Notes: generated from the sequence alone by a model not told the origin. A DNA stretch of 63,765 bases, filler included, from Folioceros fuciformis (GCA_049999805.1; 5 parts of 3 records of this genome joined end to end with filler, not necessarily neighbours in it), one strand, 5' to 3'. Positions 10,954 through 24,175 are shown, counted from the whole stretch's first letter. Made by a program: numbers and translations.

Positions 10954-13900
10954 TTACGCGCAGATATTGTCAAGGAAGCTTGCACCACTGAATGCAGCTG
11001 CGCGTTTCCCGATAAGGACCGGTTTCGTGATTACTTTAGCTTTGGTGTTGGGCTTCACTTTGCGAGCTTTCACTTGGGCAAGCTCATCTGCAGCTATCCA
11101 TGGAAAGCTCAGCAAATAACAATGTCCAGTCAAAACATAGTCATCAGATTCCTTCGTCTTCTTCATCCAGTCCGGGTGATACGTCACTCGGTACCATGCG
11201 GAAGCTCGGGCTTCCAACGTATTTTTGTCATCCTGCACAGCACTCTTGTCTGCACCACCGGCTTGTGAAACAGTCCCCATGGTCTGGCCACATCGCTGCA
11301 CGGGCTCGGGACTCACGTCAACATCGTCAGCTTGTGAAACATCCGCAATAGCCTGGCCACTTGGCTTTACGGGCTCAGGACTTGGCTGCATCCCGTCACT
11401 CGATCGGGGTACTTGTTGTCGTACGTTGAACGACAGGTTCTCTTTCCTGTATTCTCGCAGCTTTACTGCCCATGCATCCGTCCGAGCCAGAAAGGCATTA
11501 TTCCGCCCCATTTGGGACCCTCTCCTTCTTCCGGAGTCTCTTCGCTTCCTCACAGGCTCCTCTTGCTCCAAGGGCTCTTCGTTCTTCGGGGGCTCCTCGT
11601 CGTTTGTAGGCACGTCGGTAGTTGAGCTACCCTCGAAGACGGTCCTAAACTCTTTCCTGAGCCCTCCAAAGGCGTATCTCATACGATCATTCAGATCGCC
11701 AAGCCGGCGACTGCTCATGTTTGATGGCGAAAGCATGTGCCCCGTAACAGCTTCCGCCTCCGATTTCACGTCATACCGGGTCATCAACGCCCGAAGCTCT
11801 TGTTCATACGCACACTTATGCGCCCAGGCATCTTCCAAATGCGTCTCATACCCAGGCACCTCCAAATCGGGATCATAAATTATAGTTTTGGCGATGTGGT
11901 CCTCGCGTACTTCCGTGCACCACCTCTGCTGGTTAGAGAGTTCCTGGGCTACAAAGCCCTTGACCTTCCTGTAAAGAATCCCAAGAATCTTATTCGACTG
12001 GTAGGTTTTCTCTCCTTCCTTGTCCATGAAGTCTGGATACTCCAGTGGCCGCAATTCTTGAGGCATAATGGCTACTCTCCCTGTTTTCGGGTAATCCACA
12101 GCGGTGGCCGCAAGCTTTGCCAGCTTGATGGCATTCTCATGCATGGCTCCCTTCTCGTTCAGATCAGAGTGCACAACATGAGCATTGCAGATGACACCGA
12201 GGTGGTCATTCACAACATGTTGAGCGAAAAACTGCTGAATATCCATCATGGTCACCTGCCTACCTAAATCCACTGCCTCCTGTCCACCATAATCCATGGG
12301 TTCTGAGCTCATTCCAGATGGGGGTACAAGATTTTGGTCCCAAGAGACGAAGTACACGTCCCCATCCAGGTCTGAACCAGATGCCTCGTTCGGATGAGGC
12401 CGGTCCCCAGTTTGTGGCACCACCAAGCAGTCTACAAGATGACGCAATCCTGGGATATCCACAGCCTGTAAAACCCGAATATCCCCGGGATGGAGGCAAG
12501 GATTCTTGGCCATAATCACCTTACCTGTGATGACACGTGGGCTCCCCTCGGCCATTTTGCCGTCACCAGTCTCACCAGTGCTGGGGCTTGATACCTGTAG
12601 GAAGCACTGGCCATATTGCAGGAGTCCGGTTTCATCCAGGCAGCCCATAAGCCACCTGCCCTTGGGCACATAAATCTTTGCCTTCCCTAGAAGCTCTGAT
12701 AATTGCATACAGCGAATAGAGAGCAGCATCTCCTTCAAATGCGGCTCTGAATTCGGATGAAAGCCTCCACTCAACATCGTGACAGCAGTATTGTGCGAAT
12801 TGCCGGAACATGTTGTGAGCAGGATTTGGAGAGCCAGGTCAGAATCATCCAACAGCTTGCAAAGCCTGTTCACCATGTTATCCTGCAAATCAATAAATAT
12901 CTGGTTCTTCACTTGAAGAGACGATAATAGTGTTATTATCTGCCTGTTCAGATGGGAGGGCAGATATCTAGTCCACCCAACAACTTCCAAGATCCTGTGA
13001 TCTGAGGCGAACTTCTTCATGCTGGGCCGCAAAGACAACTTGTGGCTTGCACCGGGCCACTGCACGACAACACCTTTGTAGCCCGCATACCGAATCTGAA
13101 AGGCCGAGGGTGGCTCGCCTTGCAGGAGCATCATTTCTGAGATTTCCTTCGCAAAGGAAGGGCTTATCTTACCCACACCGTCAGAGAAGGTGTATCCATT
13201 ACGAACTACATCCTCTAGGTCTTCAATTTCGCAGGCTATCACCTCTAAGGTAGGGTAGGTGGATGAAAAGCATTGTCCCATCCTTGCCGCCATTTTTGCG
13301 ACATTATGAGAAGGAAACTTGCCCATCCACTCACGGATTGTCTTCTGATTAATTTGCTTGTCCGAGGCAAAGAACCAAGCACAGCTGTCCCTCAGCTGGC
13401 TTGCTGAAAATGCCAGGAACCCATATTTTCGACCACAGAGCTCAAATCCGGAATGGAGGATATCCCTTATCCTCCAATACAAAGGACTCCTCATGGGCAC
13501 CGTTTTGACGACGTCCCTCACAATTGGAGCAATTGTTGCTGTCATTGGGGCTCCAAGCATTGGGTGCATGTTGTCATCATGGAATGCCACTCTCAGAAAC
13601 CTATCAGCCAAGTGGCTGTAGTGTCTTACGACACGATTAGACAGCTCAATTTCTGGCGCCAAACAATAAGCTCTGGTTGGTGTGATCACTAGACGCCTCA
13701 CCAACATGCTGCCTTGTGGCAACGGATCTGCCTTCCCCTTGCCTTGCTGAGAGGACATCCAGCCAATTACCCTATGTAGCTGGTTGAAGGCATCAAGGAC
13801 GGGCTTCCTGTAGGCCAGCATACGACGTAGGGCCAGGGTGGCCACATTCGCCGATGTAAGCTTGGGGTTAAGCAGGGAGAAGAAATCATGATCTAAGCTG

Positions 13901-14474
13901 AGTGGCTGCAGAACTCCTCGGTGCACGAGGGCATTCACCAGAAACAAGTGGTCAAAAGGGATATCTGGCTGTGGTTCAACACTGTAGAAGAAGCTTTTGG
14001 ACGGTGGCATGTACTGAGAACATTCAGATACCGTCAGCTGGAGTGGTGATCCAATCGTGACGGGGCCATGAACTTGAAAGTATTTGTAGATGCTCCAAAA
14101 GGCAGAGATCTGTCTAGCATTGACACCAACCCTGTAGACCAGACAGCGCCCAACGCTGTTGTTCGGACTGCAGTCCACGATGCGGATCCAGGGATCCTCA
14201 TCGTCCCCTAGCTCGAAAGACGTCATGTGAACAATGTCATCGTCCGCAGTACGATAAAAAATGTAAGGGGGCACACAAAACTGCAACATCAACGATAATG
14301 CTAGTCCTGAACACCTTCCTTCCTGCCCGCATTCAACGTGCTTAGCCCATTTCACATCCTTCAAACGAAACTCCATCTTATAATCGCACTTCACGGATCT
14401 CGTTCCATTGCTAACAGAAACAAGCTGGGTCCAGACGAACCTGAGATGCCTGTTAAACGGATCCACCTCAAAGA
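10954..14474 (-). CDS. RDR6: RNA-dependent RNA polymerase, RDR6-like; 5' end lost in the assembly linker
   Basis: >1170-aa uninterrupted ORF; catalytic SGSDLDGD, KNPCLHPGDIR, AARMGQCFS, QIRYAGYKG; RDR6-type YRTADDDI...DDEDPWIR. Confidence 0.95.
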
Positions 14475-14574
14475 NNNNNNNNNNNNNNNNNNNNNNNNNN
14501 NNNNNNNNNNNNNNNNNNTTAATTAATTAANNNNNNNNNNNNNNNNNNNNNNNNNNNNNNNNNNNNNNNNNNNN
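14475..14574. other. Artificial contig linker (N44-TTAATTAATTAA-N44)
   Basis: Six-frame stop spacer; same format at 41775, 59386, 62309. Confidence 0.97.
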
Positions 14575-14855
14575 CCGCCGCCGCCAAAGCCGTCCCGGCG
14601 GGGAGCCCCCTGCACGAAGGCGCCGCTAGGCCCTGTCACCTCCAGGGCCTTGGTCCGGCCGTCATCCCCCTGCTCTACCACGAACTCCACGGGCTCCCCC
14701 TCCCGCAGAGAACGGAAACCCTCGGCGTGGATGCTGGTCTGGTGCACGAACAGGTCCTCCCCGCCGTCGTCGGGCGTGATAAATCCAAACCCCTTGGAGC
14801 TATTGAACCACTTCACCTTGCCCGTCTTCTTGGCCGAGGCCTGCTCTTCCGCCAT
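14575..14855 (-). CDS. Cold-shock domain protein (CSP/GRP2 type), 3' truncated in its Gly-rich region
   Basis: [31 protein letters not shown] (RNP1/RNP2), [13 protein letters not shown]. Confidence 0.95.
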
Positions 14856-15000
14856 CCTGCTCTGCTTCCTTCCGCAGCGAGGCTGCACGCCTCTCTGCTC
14901 TGCCGCTCCTCCCCGCGCCGCTCAGCTCCGCGCGCCCCTCTTTCACTGCGCTCCGCGCTGCCTCCACGACCAAAACCTCCACTACCGGAGGAGCTCACAC

Positions 15001-15082
15001 CAGCAGCAGCAGCAGCAGTAGCAGCAGCAATAGCAGCAGCTGCAGCAGAGGCAGGGCGGCAGCAGCAGCAGCGGCGGCGGCG
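15001..15082. repeat. (CAG)n/(CGG)n tract upstream of the cold-shock gene (probable 5' UTR)
   Basis: Direct reading. Confidence 0.8.
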
Positions 15083-15974
15083 CCTGAGGCCAGCAGGAGC
15101 GACCCGGCCTCACGGAAGCGATGGCACAGAGAGAAGTAATACACGGCCAGAGGTGAAGAAAGTAAAGGAAAGGCCGGCAGCATCGAACGAAAGACCGAGC
15201 TCCAAAAGCAATCAGCGTATACAAGCCTAGCCCTAACCCTTACCAGTCAGCCCCCATATCTCTAAACCCTACTCATAGATGTCCCTACATACAACCCACC
15301 TTGGCGGCCTCTGTCTCCAACCTTCACGCCCAACCTCCAAGTTTTAGGGCTTTACATCCACTATGTATGTACTTCCAAACCAGCGTTTTTCATTACACGC
15401 CCTTCATTTATTCTCAACTCTAAATCAGTATGTACACTAAAAGCTACATCCGAAAGTACATTTATCATCATATTATTCATCATTTTTCCAAATTTCCCAA
15501 TAGATTTACACACTTCATTCATTCATTCATGGCAGCCATCCATTTGAACCCTTCACCAAAGCACCCAAGCAGTTGCTTGGTCTGGGTGAAGGCGATCGCC
15601 ACAGCAGGCTAACAAATCAAGAAGAGAGCCTGCCAGGCTGTCATTGCCTTGGCTGATCTTTCTGTCGACCAGCTGCGGGGAGCGATGTCGAATCTCTCGG
15701 AAGCAACCACATGGTGTGACGACAGCGAAATGAGGGCAGGGTGAAGGGCCTGCTGCAGTTTAGACTGCAGTTAACAAGGTGGTCAGTCAAGCAAGCGAGC
15801 AAGGGAGAACGAATATACAGGACAAGGATTCTTCTGCCGCATCTACCACATTGTAGTGTATCAGAAGATCGATTGCAACGCGGACGGCACTGCCGTGGTG
15901 TGGTGTGGTGTGCCGTGCCGTGCCGTGCCGAGCCCTGCCTTGTCTGAGAGGGAGCATCGCGCGAGTGGCTGGCT

Positions 15975-18498
15975 ATGGCAATGGCAGTGCACGGTGGAGT
16001 GCGAATGCAGATGCAGATGCAGGTGCAGGATGGGTTGCGGCAGGAGGGAGCGGGCCTGCCGCGCTTCTTCGCTTCCTCTGCCTCGGCCTTGCACCGGGTG
16101 CGGGTACGGCAGGGGTGCGCGCAGAGCGGGGAGAAATTGCACCAGACCTCCGGACTGGTGCTGCGGTGCGAGGCCACCTTGCCCGTTGCCATCCCGCAGC
16201 GCAGCGCCGCTCCTGCCGGTTGGTGTGCTCACGCGTCTCGCCAATTGTGCGTGCTTGAGGTGGCACAGATGTGACTGAGATCGCAGCTGATTTACTAGGT
16301 TGTGACGGAGGCTGTACTACCAGGTGGTGGCCGTGTGAGTTTCGATGTGGAGAGGACCGCCATCCGCTTGGCCCTGCCGAGTAAGGGCCGGATGGCGGAG
16401 GATACGCTCTCCTTGCTCAAGGTTTGTGTTTTGGTTTTGTCATTTGCGTCGAGTGTCTGGTTTAGTTTGGAGGCTGCTGTTGAGCCGTGGCGTGGGGTGG
16501 CGTGGCGTGGCGGATTTTGGAGCAGGAGTGCCAGTTGTCAGTCCGGAAGATGAATCCACGGCAGTATATCGCAGACATCCCTGAGGTTCGTTTTCTAGGA
16601 CTGTCCTTCTTGTTGCTTGCTCCGTTTGCTTGTGCCATGTGTGACTGCTATTCCAAGGACTCACTTGTCACATGCTCCTTCTCTGTGCCTGCAGTTGGAT
16701 AACGTGGAGGTCTGGTTCCAACGTGCATCTGATGTGGTTCGGAAGCTGCGATCAGGGGATGTTGACTTGGGCATTGTTGGCTATGACATGGTTCGTGAAT
16801 TCGGAGAGGTATGTGGATGTTGTGACTCGGAGTCCTTGTAGGTAGCTCGATTGGTGGCTGGTTCATAGGTGAGGTTCCTGTGTCGCAGGATGATGACGAT
16901 CTTTTGATAATTCATGACGCTCTCGGGTTCGGGCATTGCCACTTAGGAATTGGGGTACGTTTTCCTGGATCTCGCAGGTCTTGTTTGCTGCCAAGCCGGC
17001 TATCTAGCTGTATGGCAACGTCTCTGGCTCATGGTTGCTCTGCTTGTGCCAGATTCCCACGTATGGGATTTTTGAAAGCATTTCGTCTCTGGAAGAGCTT
17101 GCAGCGATGCCACAGTGGACTGCAGAAAGGCCATTGAGAATTGTGACTGGTTATACTTACGTATGTGGCGTTTTCCTCCCCTGCAGACCTTTACCTGTTG
17201 GTTATGTGTTTTCTTATGCTGTCTGTGTTTGGATGCAGTTGGGGAACAGGTTTGTGGAGGAACATGGTCTCAAGAATGTACAGCTTCTCACTGCAGACGG
17301 AGCTTTAGAAGCGGCTCCAGCTGTAAGATGCTCATCCCTGACAGCTTTTGTTTTTTGAATGTTTTTGTCTACTTTGGTTTGAGACTCTGACTAGCTCCTT
17401 ACTCATCGCCAGATGGGCACCGCCGATGGCATTTTGGATCTTATCAGCAGTGGAACAACACTGCGAGAAAATAATCTGAAGGAGATCGCTGGCGGCCAAG
17501 TTTGTACTAGTGAGGTGAATTTCGGATGCAAACCCTTTGGTTCTGTTGAGGTGGTCAAGAGTTCTGAGTTCCGGACGCTGATAGCAGCTTCTGGTGCATG
17601 TAGGGTGTGTTTGTTGCTAGCAGGCGCTCCTTGCTGAAAAGGAAGGGAGTGCTGGAAGCTGCACGTGAAATGCTTGAGCGCTTGGAAGCGCATTTAAGGG
17701 CACGAAATCAGTTTGCGGTGAGAAGCGCCTTCAATGTTTGACGGAACAGAGTGTTACTGTGCCTCCTGATCGTGTCAATGCTATTAGATCTCTTGATTCC
17801 CGGTCCACAGCTTTCTGAAACCACAGCCAGCACCCTAAGCCCCCAGAAATCTTTTGTCCACTGTTGTCAAACGATCTCTGTTGGTTGGGGCAAAAGCTCT
17901 ACGTGTATGAGACATGTCTCTGAAGCTTAGCCACTGTGTGGATATCATCTACAGGTGACAGTTAATATGCGTGGTAATTCGATGGAAGAAGTTGCGAGGA
18001 TGATCCTACTGAACACAGACTTTCCAGGGCTTCAGGTACTTCAGTGCCAGTAAACGAGTCTACCGACGGAACATGATTTTGCTGATCTCTATTTGATTGC
18101 AGGGCTCCAGCGTGAAAAAGAGCCACAGACATCCGACACGTCTCACTTTGGTTCTATTTCGCTTTCTTGTGGCCTGCTCTCTTTTTCACAGGGTCCTACG
18201 GTCGCTCCAGTCTTCTCTGCAAAGGCTGGATCCGTTGAGGTAGAGTACTTCGCGGTCACAATTATTGTGCAGAAACCTAAACTCTATCGAGCGGTGGAAC
18301 AACTTCGGAAGGTTTCTATTCCACGGCACAACGCCTGGTTCAGTTTTTTTCAAAACCCTAAACGAAAGCCTGTCTCATGTTGTGTGTTGCCATTTTCAGG
18401 TCGGTGGTAGTGGAGTGCTTATCACGCCTCTCATCTACATTTTTGACGAGGAGCCTCCCAGATGGGCACAGCTCTTAAAAACTCTGGGCCTGTCTTGA
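15975..18498 (+). CDS. HISN1: ATP phosphoribosyltransferase, chloroplastic, multi-exon
   Basis: [95 protein letters not shown] in successive GT-AG exons; start codon approximate. Confidence 0.95.
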
Positions 18499-18889
18499 AG
18501 GCTAGTGTGCTTGGTATAACAACTTCTAGTCACAATTTTGAGAGCTTAGTCTACAGGTCGGGTCTGCCAGCCGTTAGCGAAAGTTAAGAGCTACAGGAGA
18601 TTCACTGGAGCTTGAATGTAGGTCGTAAGGAAAAGCCTAGTTTGTCAGGTATCACCTTTATAAAAGTTTTGGACGGATCATATGGATGACGTTTGATGTA
18701 GCAACACCGTGGACGGAAGCAGGCGAGTAGTTGAGAAAGTGTTTGAGCACTGGGAATATTCTGAAATTGTACAGAAGCGGAGATGGCTACTCCGACAAGA
18801 TGCCATGATGCCCAACGGATAACTGGCTACCCTTCAGACGCAGCTGGCTTCAGCCAATTCATAGAATGAAGCTGCCTGTGGCTTCCCTG

Positions 18890-20557
18890 TCAAGGAAATA
18901 GCATCTTCTTGAGGAGAGCTTCAGCCATTTCTTCAGAAGTTGCACGCTTGGGGAAGGGAAACCGCAAGGTTTTGAGTTCAATGCCCAATTGGATTCGTAG
19001 ATCCACTCCCAGGCAATCAACCCCCACCAGTGAGGCTTCTTCCACCTTCAGCCCTTTCTCTCGCTTACACAGAGCCTTGAGAGCACGCTGTGTCTTCTGC
19101 CCGCCACCGTTCACCCGCTGGATAATCATCGCTGCTGCGTGGGCAAGCACATCAGGCTGCGCACTCCGGAACTCTTCAACATCCACGGACAGCTGCACCC
19201 CGGAGCTGGAGTCTAAATGAATGCGGATCATTTCCAATTTGTAGAAGCATGTTTCTGTGTCCGACATATGCCCTGAAACACGAGACCGATCTCCCCCCGG
19301 CTTCTCCGCAGAAGGTCCTTCCAGCAATTGCAGCTTCTTCTTGTCTCCATTATCTGGTCCTTGCGGGCTCCTTCCTCGGGGCTTCGAACCAATCTTCCCG
19401 GCCCCATATTTCTGCCACGGCAGCGATCCTTCCTCCCAAGCGTCAGGCAGTCTGTTGGCATCCACCTCCACACTAGAACCAGCAGCGGCAGACGGAGCAG
19501 CCTCCTCCAAACCCGTCCCTGTTCCAGCCAACCTATCCACAGACCCAGCTTCACCGTCCCCGTGCTCTGATCCTGATCTCTGCACCTCCGATTCCCGAAC
19601 CCTGTCTGCAACATCGGCTGCACTCCCGTCCCTTTCACTCTCAGAACCCGAACTCTCGTCCTCATCCCTCTCCGAATCCTCGGGGGCGGGAAAGAACCGG
19701 TCGAACCACTTCCTCTGCACATAAGCTTCTTCATCCTTGGTCACTCTCCGCACAGATCCGGTGATTGTGAGATGCCGGGAAGGCCTGTCCATGGCCGCGT
19801 TTTGATCCATGCATGCCACCTCTGCAATCTTAGTCCCAAACTCCAGAGGATGCACAGAATCCAGCGTCTCCAAGCTCCCTGCGGGCCACAAGCTTCCTTC
19901 ATCGCCCGAACCCCATCCTTCCCACTCATTCACCAGATCCTCGATATCCGAAGCCCCGACTAGTTCCCATTCCTCCCCCTCCTCATCCTCCAGCTCGCTC
20001 TCCCCTTCCTCCTCCTCGTCCTCATCCTCATCCTCCTCTCCTACCACGCCTATCATCTCCATCTCCTCCATGCTTCCGATTCCGATCACCACAGTATGGG
20101 ACTCAAAACCCCCGACGTTGTGCAGCAGATCATCGTCCTCGTCCATCTCAAAGTACAGGTCACCATGCTCGTCTATCAAATAATGAACCTCCGTCCCGAG
20201 AATGGCACTGTCTTGAGAGCTCACAGACGCGAACACCACGGCGTTCCAGTTCACATCTGCCACAGTCCTTGCCACCTCCGCATTGCTCAATTCCGAGCTC
20301 TGCTCTGTCAACTCCGCCGCGCCGTCGCTCACCGACAGCTCCTCCAGCGGGTGGTAGCCCCAGGAGGACACCCTTTCCGGCTTGGACTCTGGGAAGCAAC
20401 ACACCACCTTACCCAGCAGCCTCCCAGCTGCTCCCGCATCCTTGTGTCTGCTAAGTCTGGATCCAGACACCAAAACCGAGCCCCCCGGGCGAGGCAGCTG
20501 CACAACAGGCCCGCCATAGCCCCACCGGCAGAGCTTGCAGCACATCAAGGCCGCCAT
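18890..20557 (-). CDS. At3g49140-like conserved plant protein (FMN-binding split-barrel-like), single exon
   Basis: YHPLEEL, LSNAEVARTVADVN, DEHGDLYFEM, FYKLEMIRIHL, AQPDVLAHAAA, GVDCLGVDLR..LRFPF; acidic linker. Confidence 0.8.
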   Translation of the reverse strand: MAALMCCKLCRWGYGGPVVQLPRPGGSVLVSGSRLSRHKDAGAAGRLLGKVVCCFPESKPERVSSWGYHPLEELSVSDGAAELTEQSSELSNAEVARTVADVNWNAVVFASVSSQDSAILGTEVHYLIDEHGDLYFEMDEDDDLLHNVGGFESHTVVIGIGSMEEMEMIGVVGEEDEDEDEEEEGESELEDEEGEEWELVGASDIEDLVNEWEGWGSGDEGSLWPAGSLETLDSVHPLEFGTKIAEVACMDQNAAMDRPSRHLTITGSVRRVTKDEEAYVQRKWFDRFFPAPEDSERDEDESSGSESERDGSAADVADRVRESEVQRSGSEHGDGEAGSVDRLAGTGTGLEEAAPSAAAGSSVEVDANRLPDAWEEGSLPWQKYGAGKIGSKPRGRSPQGPDNGDKKKLQLLEGPSAEKPGGDRSRVSGHMSDTETCFYKLEMIRIHLDSSSGVQLSVDVEEFRSAQPDVLAHAAAMIIQRVNGGGQKTQRALKALCKREKGLKVEEASLVGVDCLGVDLRIQLGIELKTLRFPFPKRATSEEMAEALLKKMLFP

Positions 20558-20878
20558 GCTTGCGAATTCGCAGGTCCAGCCCAGGGCGGCTCATGCCGGA
20601 AATTTGCACGTTATCTGCTCCGCACTGAGCAGCTCCATCCCTGGTTGGCCCGACACCACCACATCCGATCAGGGTGAGCACGTCAAGACAGCACCTCGGA
20701 GAAGCAGGGAATCCTGCTGCAGCAACCAACCTCTGAAATCTGCCATAACTTAACCTCTGGTTGGGACGCATAATCAGGTGGGTTACGGAAACCCAGCTCC
20801 TCCATCTATAATAGCCGTGACGCGACAAATTGTAGGGTTTGACGCTGCTGCGTTTGACGGTTCAGCACGGATCCGGAG
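20558..20878. promoter_or_regulatory. Probable bidirectional promoter
   Basis: Only 321 bp between divergent ATGs (20557 and 20879); contains TAGGGTTT telo-box and a TATAAT. Confidence 0.6.
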
Positions 20879-22982
20879 ATGATGTGTGCGGTAGACAATG
20901 CCGATCGGGATCGCCTGGCTCGCCTGATCGACGACGCCACCACGTCTGTTGAATCGGAGCTGAATCCCGTGCTTATACGCTCCATCAAGAACGTGGTCCG
21001 GTTGTCTGATGCCAATGTCCGGATTGCGCTCGATCTGCTGCTGCACAGTCTGAGAAAGAAACATTCGCAGGTGGGCAGTGTTGTGGAGGCAGATGTGATG
21101 GGGTGGATTTGGATGTTGTGGATCAGCGCTAATCTGTGGTGTGGATTCTGTGACGTAGGTTCGGTACCTTGTGGTTCTTGTTGTGGATCAGCTCTTTTGT
21201 CGTTCGAAGCTTTTTCGGTCTCTGCTTGTGCCAGAGTTGGAGGAGTTTATGCGTCTAGCCGTAGGCTACCGATCGGAGCATGTGCTCCCGCCTCCAGCTG
21301 AGCAAGCTGCGAAACTGCGGAGAAAGAGTTTAGAATTTCTGCAGAGATGGAATGAAATGTTCGGGAAACATTACAGGCAGCTGAAGTTGGCGTATGAGTA
21401 TCTGAGTGTCACTTTGAGGATTGAGTTTCCGGCTGTGGCTGGGGCGAGTGCAGCGGGCCAGAGACAGCGACAGAGGAGAGAGGAAAGGACTCAAGAGCTA
21501 TTGAGGGGCAAGTTTGAAGCACTGCGAAGGGGCTTTCCGGAGCTCAGAGTGGAGATTCAATCAACACTTGACCAGATTCAGCAGTGTGTGGATATTCTTG
21601 GGAGCAAGGGGCTGGGGGCTTCTGTCCAGGTCGTTGAGGAAGAGCATGCACGGGCATTAGAAAATCTAGATGACGAAGATGAGGAGGTTGGAGCATATGG
21701 AGTCAGGGGTTTGAGGCGGGTGGAGCCAGGATTGGAGGAACTTGCTGTAGTTGAAGCGCTAGAAGGACGAGAAACTGCGGATAATGAGCCCTTATTCGAC
21801 ACGCTACGAGATTTGTCCAGGATTATAGTGACCCGGCATGTTGCCTCTATTCAGGAGTGGTTGTCAACCCTAATGAGAGTGGACCCTCCAGACAGAGGAC
21901 CTCACGATGCCTTGCTGAGGGAAGTCATTGATCTTCGAAACAAAGTGCAGGCAGCTCAGCATCAGTGTCAGAAACTTGGCGTTGACGACGGAAAGGATTA
22001 CCTCAGTGATGTAGTCTGGGAAGCAGAGGAGTCTGTGATAGATATTGTGAAAGCTGGTGCTGGCCGACAGCAGAAGCATTCTTCCAGCAAAGAATTATTG
22101 AAGACAGATGCTGTGCCAGCGTCCGTGCACTCAAGCGCAGGATGCAGCAGCATAGCAGTGGAGGAGCGGCGAAGGAAAGGACCGAACGACAACCTCCTGA
22201 GCACTGCCCCTGTTCTACCTTGGGGTTCATATCTCGACAGCTGGGGTGCTCAGAGTGCAATTCCTGCGAACTCAAGGGGACTCTTACTTGAGAGCCACTG
22301 GGGAAAGGTTGACTACGATGTCTGTATTCCTGCTGAGAGAGTAGCAGACTTGAGTCTTCGAGCGTCAGTATTTGAGCCGGAGAAGAGAGAAATTGCGGCA
22401 TGCCTGGCTCCACTGAAAAAAGGAGGATTGTGTCAAAGACGAGACCTTCATACCTGCCCCTTCCATGGCCGCATAGTGCCACGGGATGACAGTGGAAAGC
22501 CCATTAGGGATGAGAAGTTGATGCAAAGGCCAGTCCAGAATTCAAGCAAGTCTGGTACCAGAATAACCGAAGCAACTGCTGGGGCCCACTCTGAGGAAGC
22601 TGGACCTACGAGCATATCGATAGCAAAGCAAGCTGTTCTCAATGTGAGAGGACAGGATGATAAGGAGCTCAAGAAAAAGAAGCGTGCAAGCGCTCAAGCC
22701 AAACAAGATCGACAGCACAACGACATGGTATTGAGGACTGCTGCAATTTCACGGTCAGTCCAAGGCTTGGAAGACCTTTCGTCCCAAGATGGGCGACCTG
22801 AAATGCAGGAACCAGCGAAGAAAATAAAGGCGTCTTTATCATCCATGTTGAGGAAACAACCGACAGCCAAGGATAGGTTGGCAAAGAGGTTACTAAATGG
22901 CAGAGTTACGGATGCATCGGTTGAGCAAAATATCAGAGATCAGGAAGCTAGCTACAGAGAAGCCTTTGCAAATCAGTGGTAG
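20879..22982 (+). CDS. UVSSA: UV-stimulated scaffold protein A; exons 20879-21070, 21159-22982
   Basis: VHS-like N-terminus (HSQ|VRY..DQLFCRSKLFR, PPPAEQAAKLR), ESHWG, zinc finger CLAPLKKGGLCQRRDLHTCPFHGRIVPRD, C-terminal FANQW. Confidence 0.92.
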
Positions 22983-23379
22983 TGTGTGGTTTTGCTTCCT
23001 GCCATGAGCTTCCGACGACTGGCGGTAATTTGCCGACATAGACAGGTAATTAATTATTCCAGCAAGTCACTTCCTGAGGAACATTATATGTTTTGAATTT
23101 TTTTGTATTTCTATTGGGTGCACCGTGTAGGTAGAGTTAAAATACGATCTGAAATTTTGGCAATGTTCCTACCAGGTCCAATCGCACAAAGGACCAATGA
23201 AACAAATGCAGAATTACGAGCCACCTGATGACAAGTGGGCCCTGTTTGCAGCAATCGAAGGGCGCGTCTCATGTCCACCCACAGACGTCGTCCTCCTGGT
23301 CGCCCTGTTTCCACACCAGGTCTTAAATTGGCAGCTTCCTCATCGTTGTGGGTGTCTTCGCTGATTGCAGCAGTACTCC

Positions 23380-24175
23380 ATGGCCGGCTTGCTGCATAAC
23401 TCTGGCTGTTCTGTTGCGGGCCAGGCTGTGGCTACTTCTAGTGCGGCGGCATTTTGCGCCCCATCCGCGTGCTGGTCATCTGCCCACCCTCTTGCCCCGG
23501 CCTGGGGTGAACGATTTCCCGGCTCGAGAATATCTTGCCTCGAGGCACCCAAGTTGAGGAATTGCCTGCGGCGCAAGACAAGAAGTGCCCGGTCTGCAGC
23601 TGGAGGCGATCAAGCGAGTAAATCTGGCTCCAAGCCTACGACAGCTGCTGAGGACAGGACGTCTGTCATTGGTGTGTGAGCAGCTGCTGCCTGTCACGGT
23701 GCCTAATCAAAATCGCCACCTAGCTAATTCGTTGCATTCCGTTTGTCAGGGCCGAATGCCAAGGCTCACTTGGACATGTTGACTCGATTCACCGGTCAGA
23801 GCAATGAAGGTAAGATGTTGGATATGGATGACGCCGAACATTCGCCACACTTAGTCATGACAGGAACGTTGGCACTGGTGTTTGATGCGTCTTTCAGCTG
23901 CAACTATTTCGGAGCAGCTCGCCAGCATCTACGAATCTGAATCTTCGGACGACGAATTAGAGTTGACTGTGCCCTTGAGCAACGCGGAGAAGCTTCAGCC
24001 ACCTCCACTAACAATTCACCAGAAGAGGAATATAAGGAGGCAGAACTATCTCAACGAGGTTGCCAAACGTAACGACGGCCCCTTCTTCGCGGGAGTGGCC
24101 TTGTTGTTCTTGCTTCCTCCACTCTTTATCTTAGGTTTTGCTGTTGCGACTGGCTATGTGGACCTTTTTCCGTGA
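23380..24175 (+). CDS. Small plant protein with transit-peptide-like N-terminus and C-terminal TM helix; probably 3 exons
   Basis: C-terminal LTIHQKRNIRRQNYLNEVAKRNDGPFF..LPPLFILGFAVATGYVDLFP; plausible GT-AG introns near 23672-23749 and 23809-23898. Confidence 0.7.

Noticed and set aside
14519-14530. Recurrent TTAATTAATTAA palindrome as a biological motif
   Set aside because: It is always centred in a 100-nt N block, i.e. a standard six-frame-stop contig spacer
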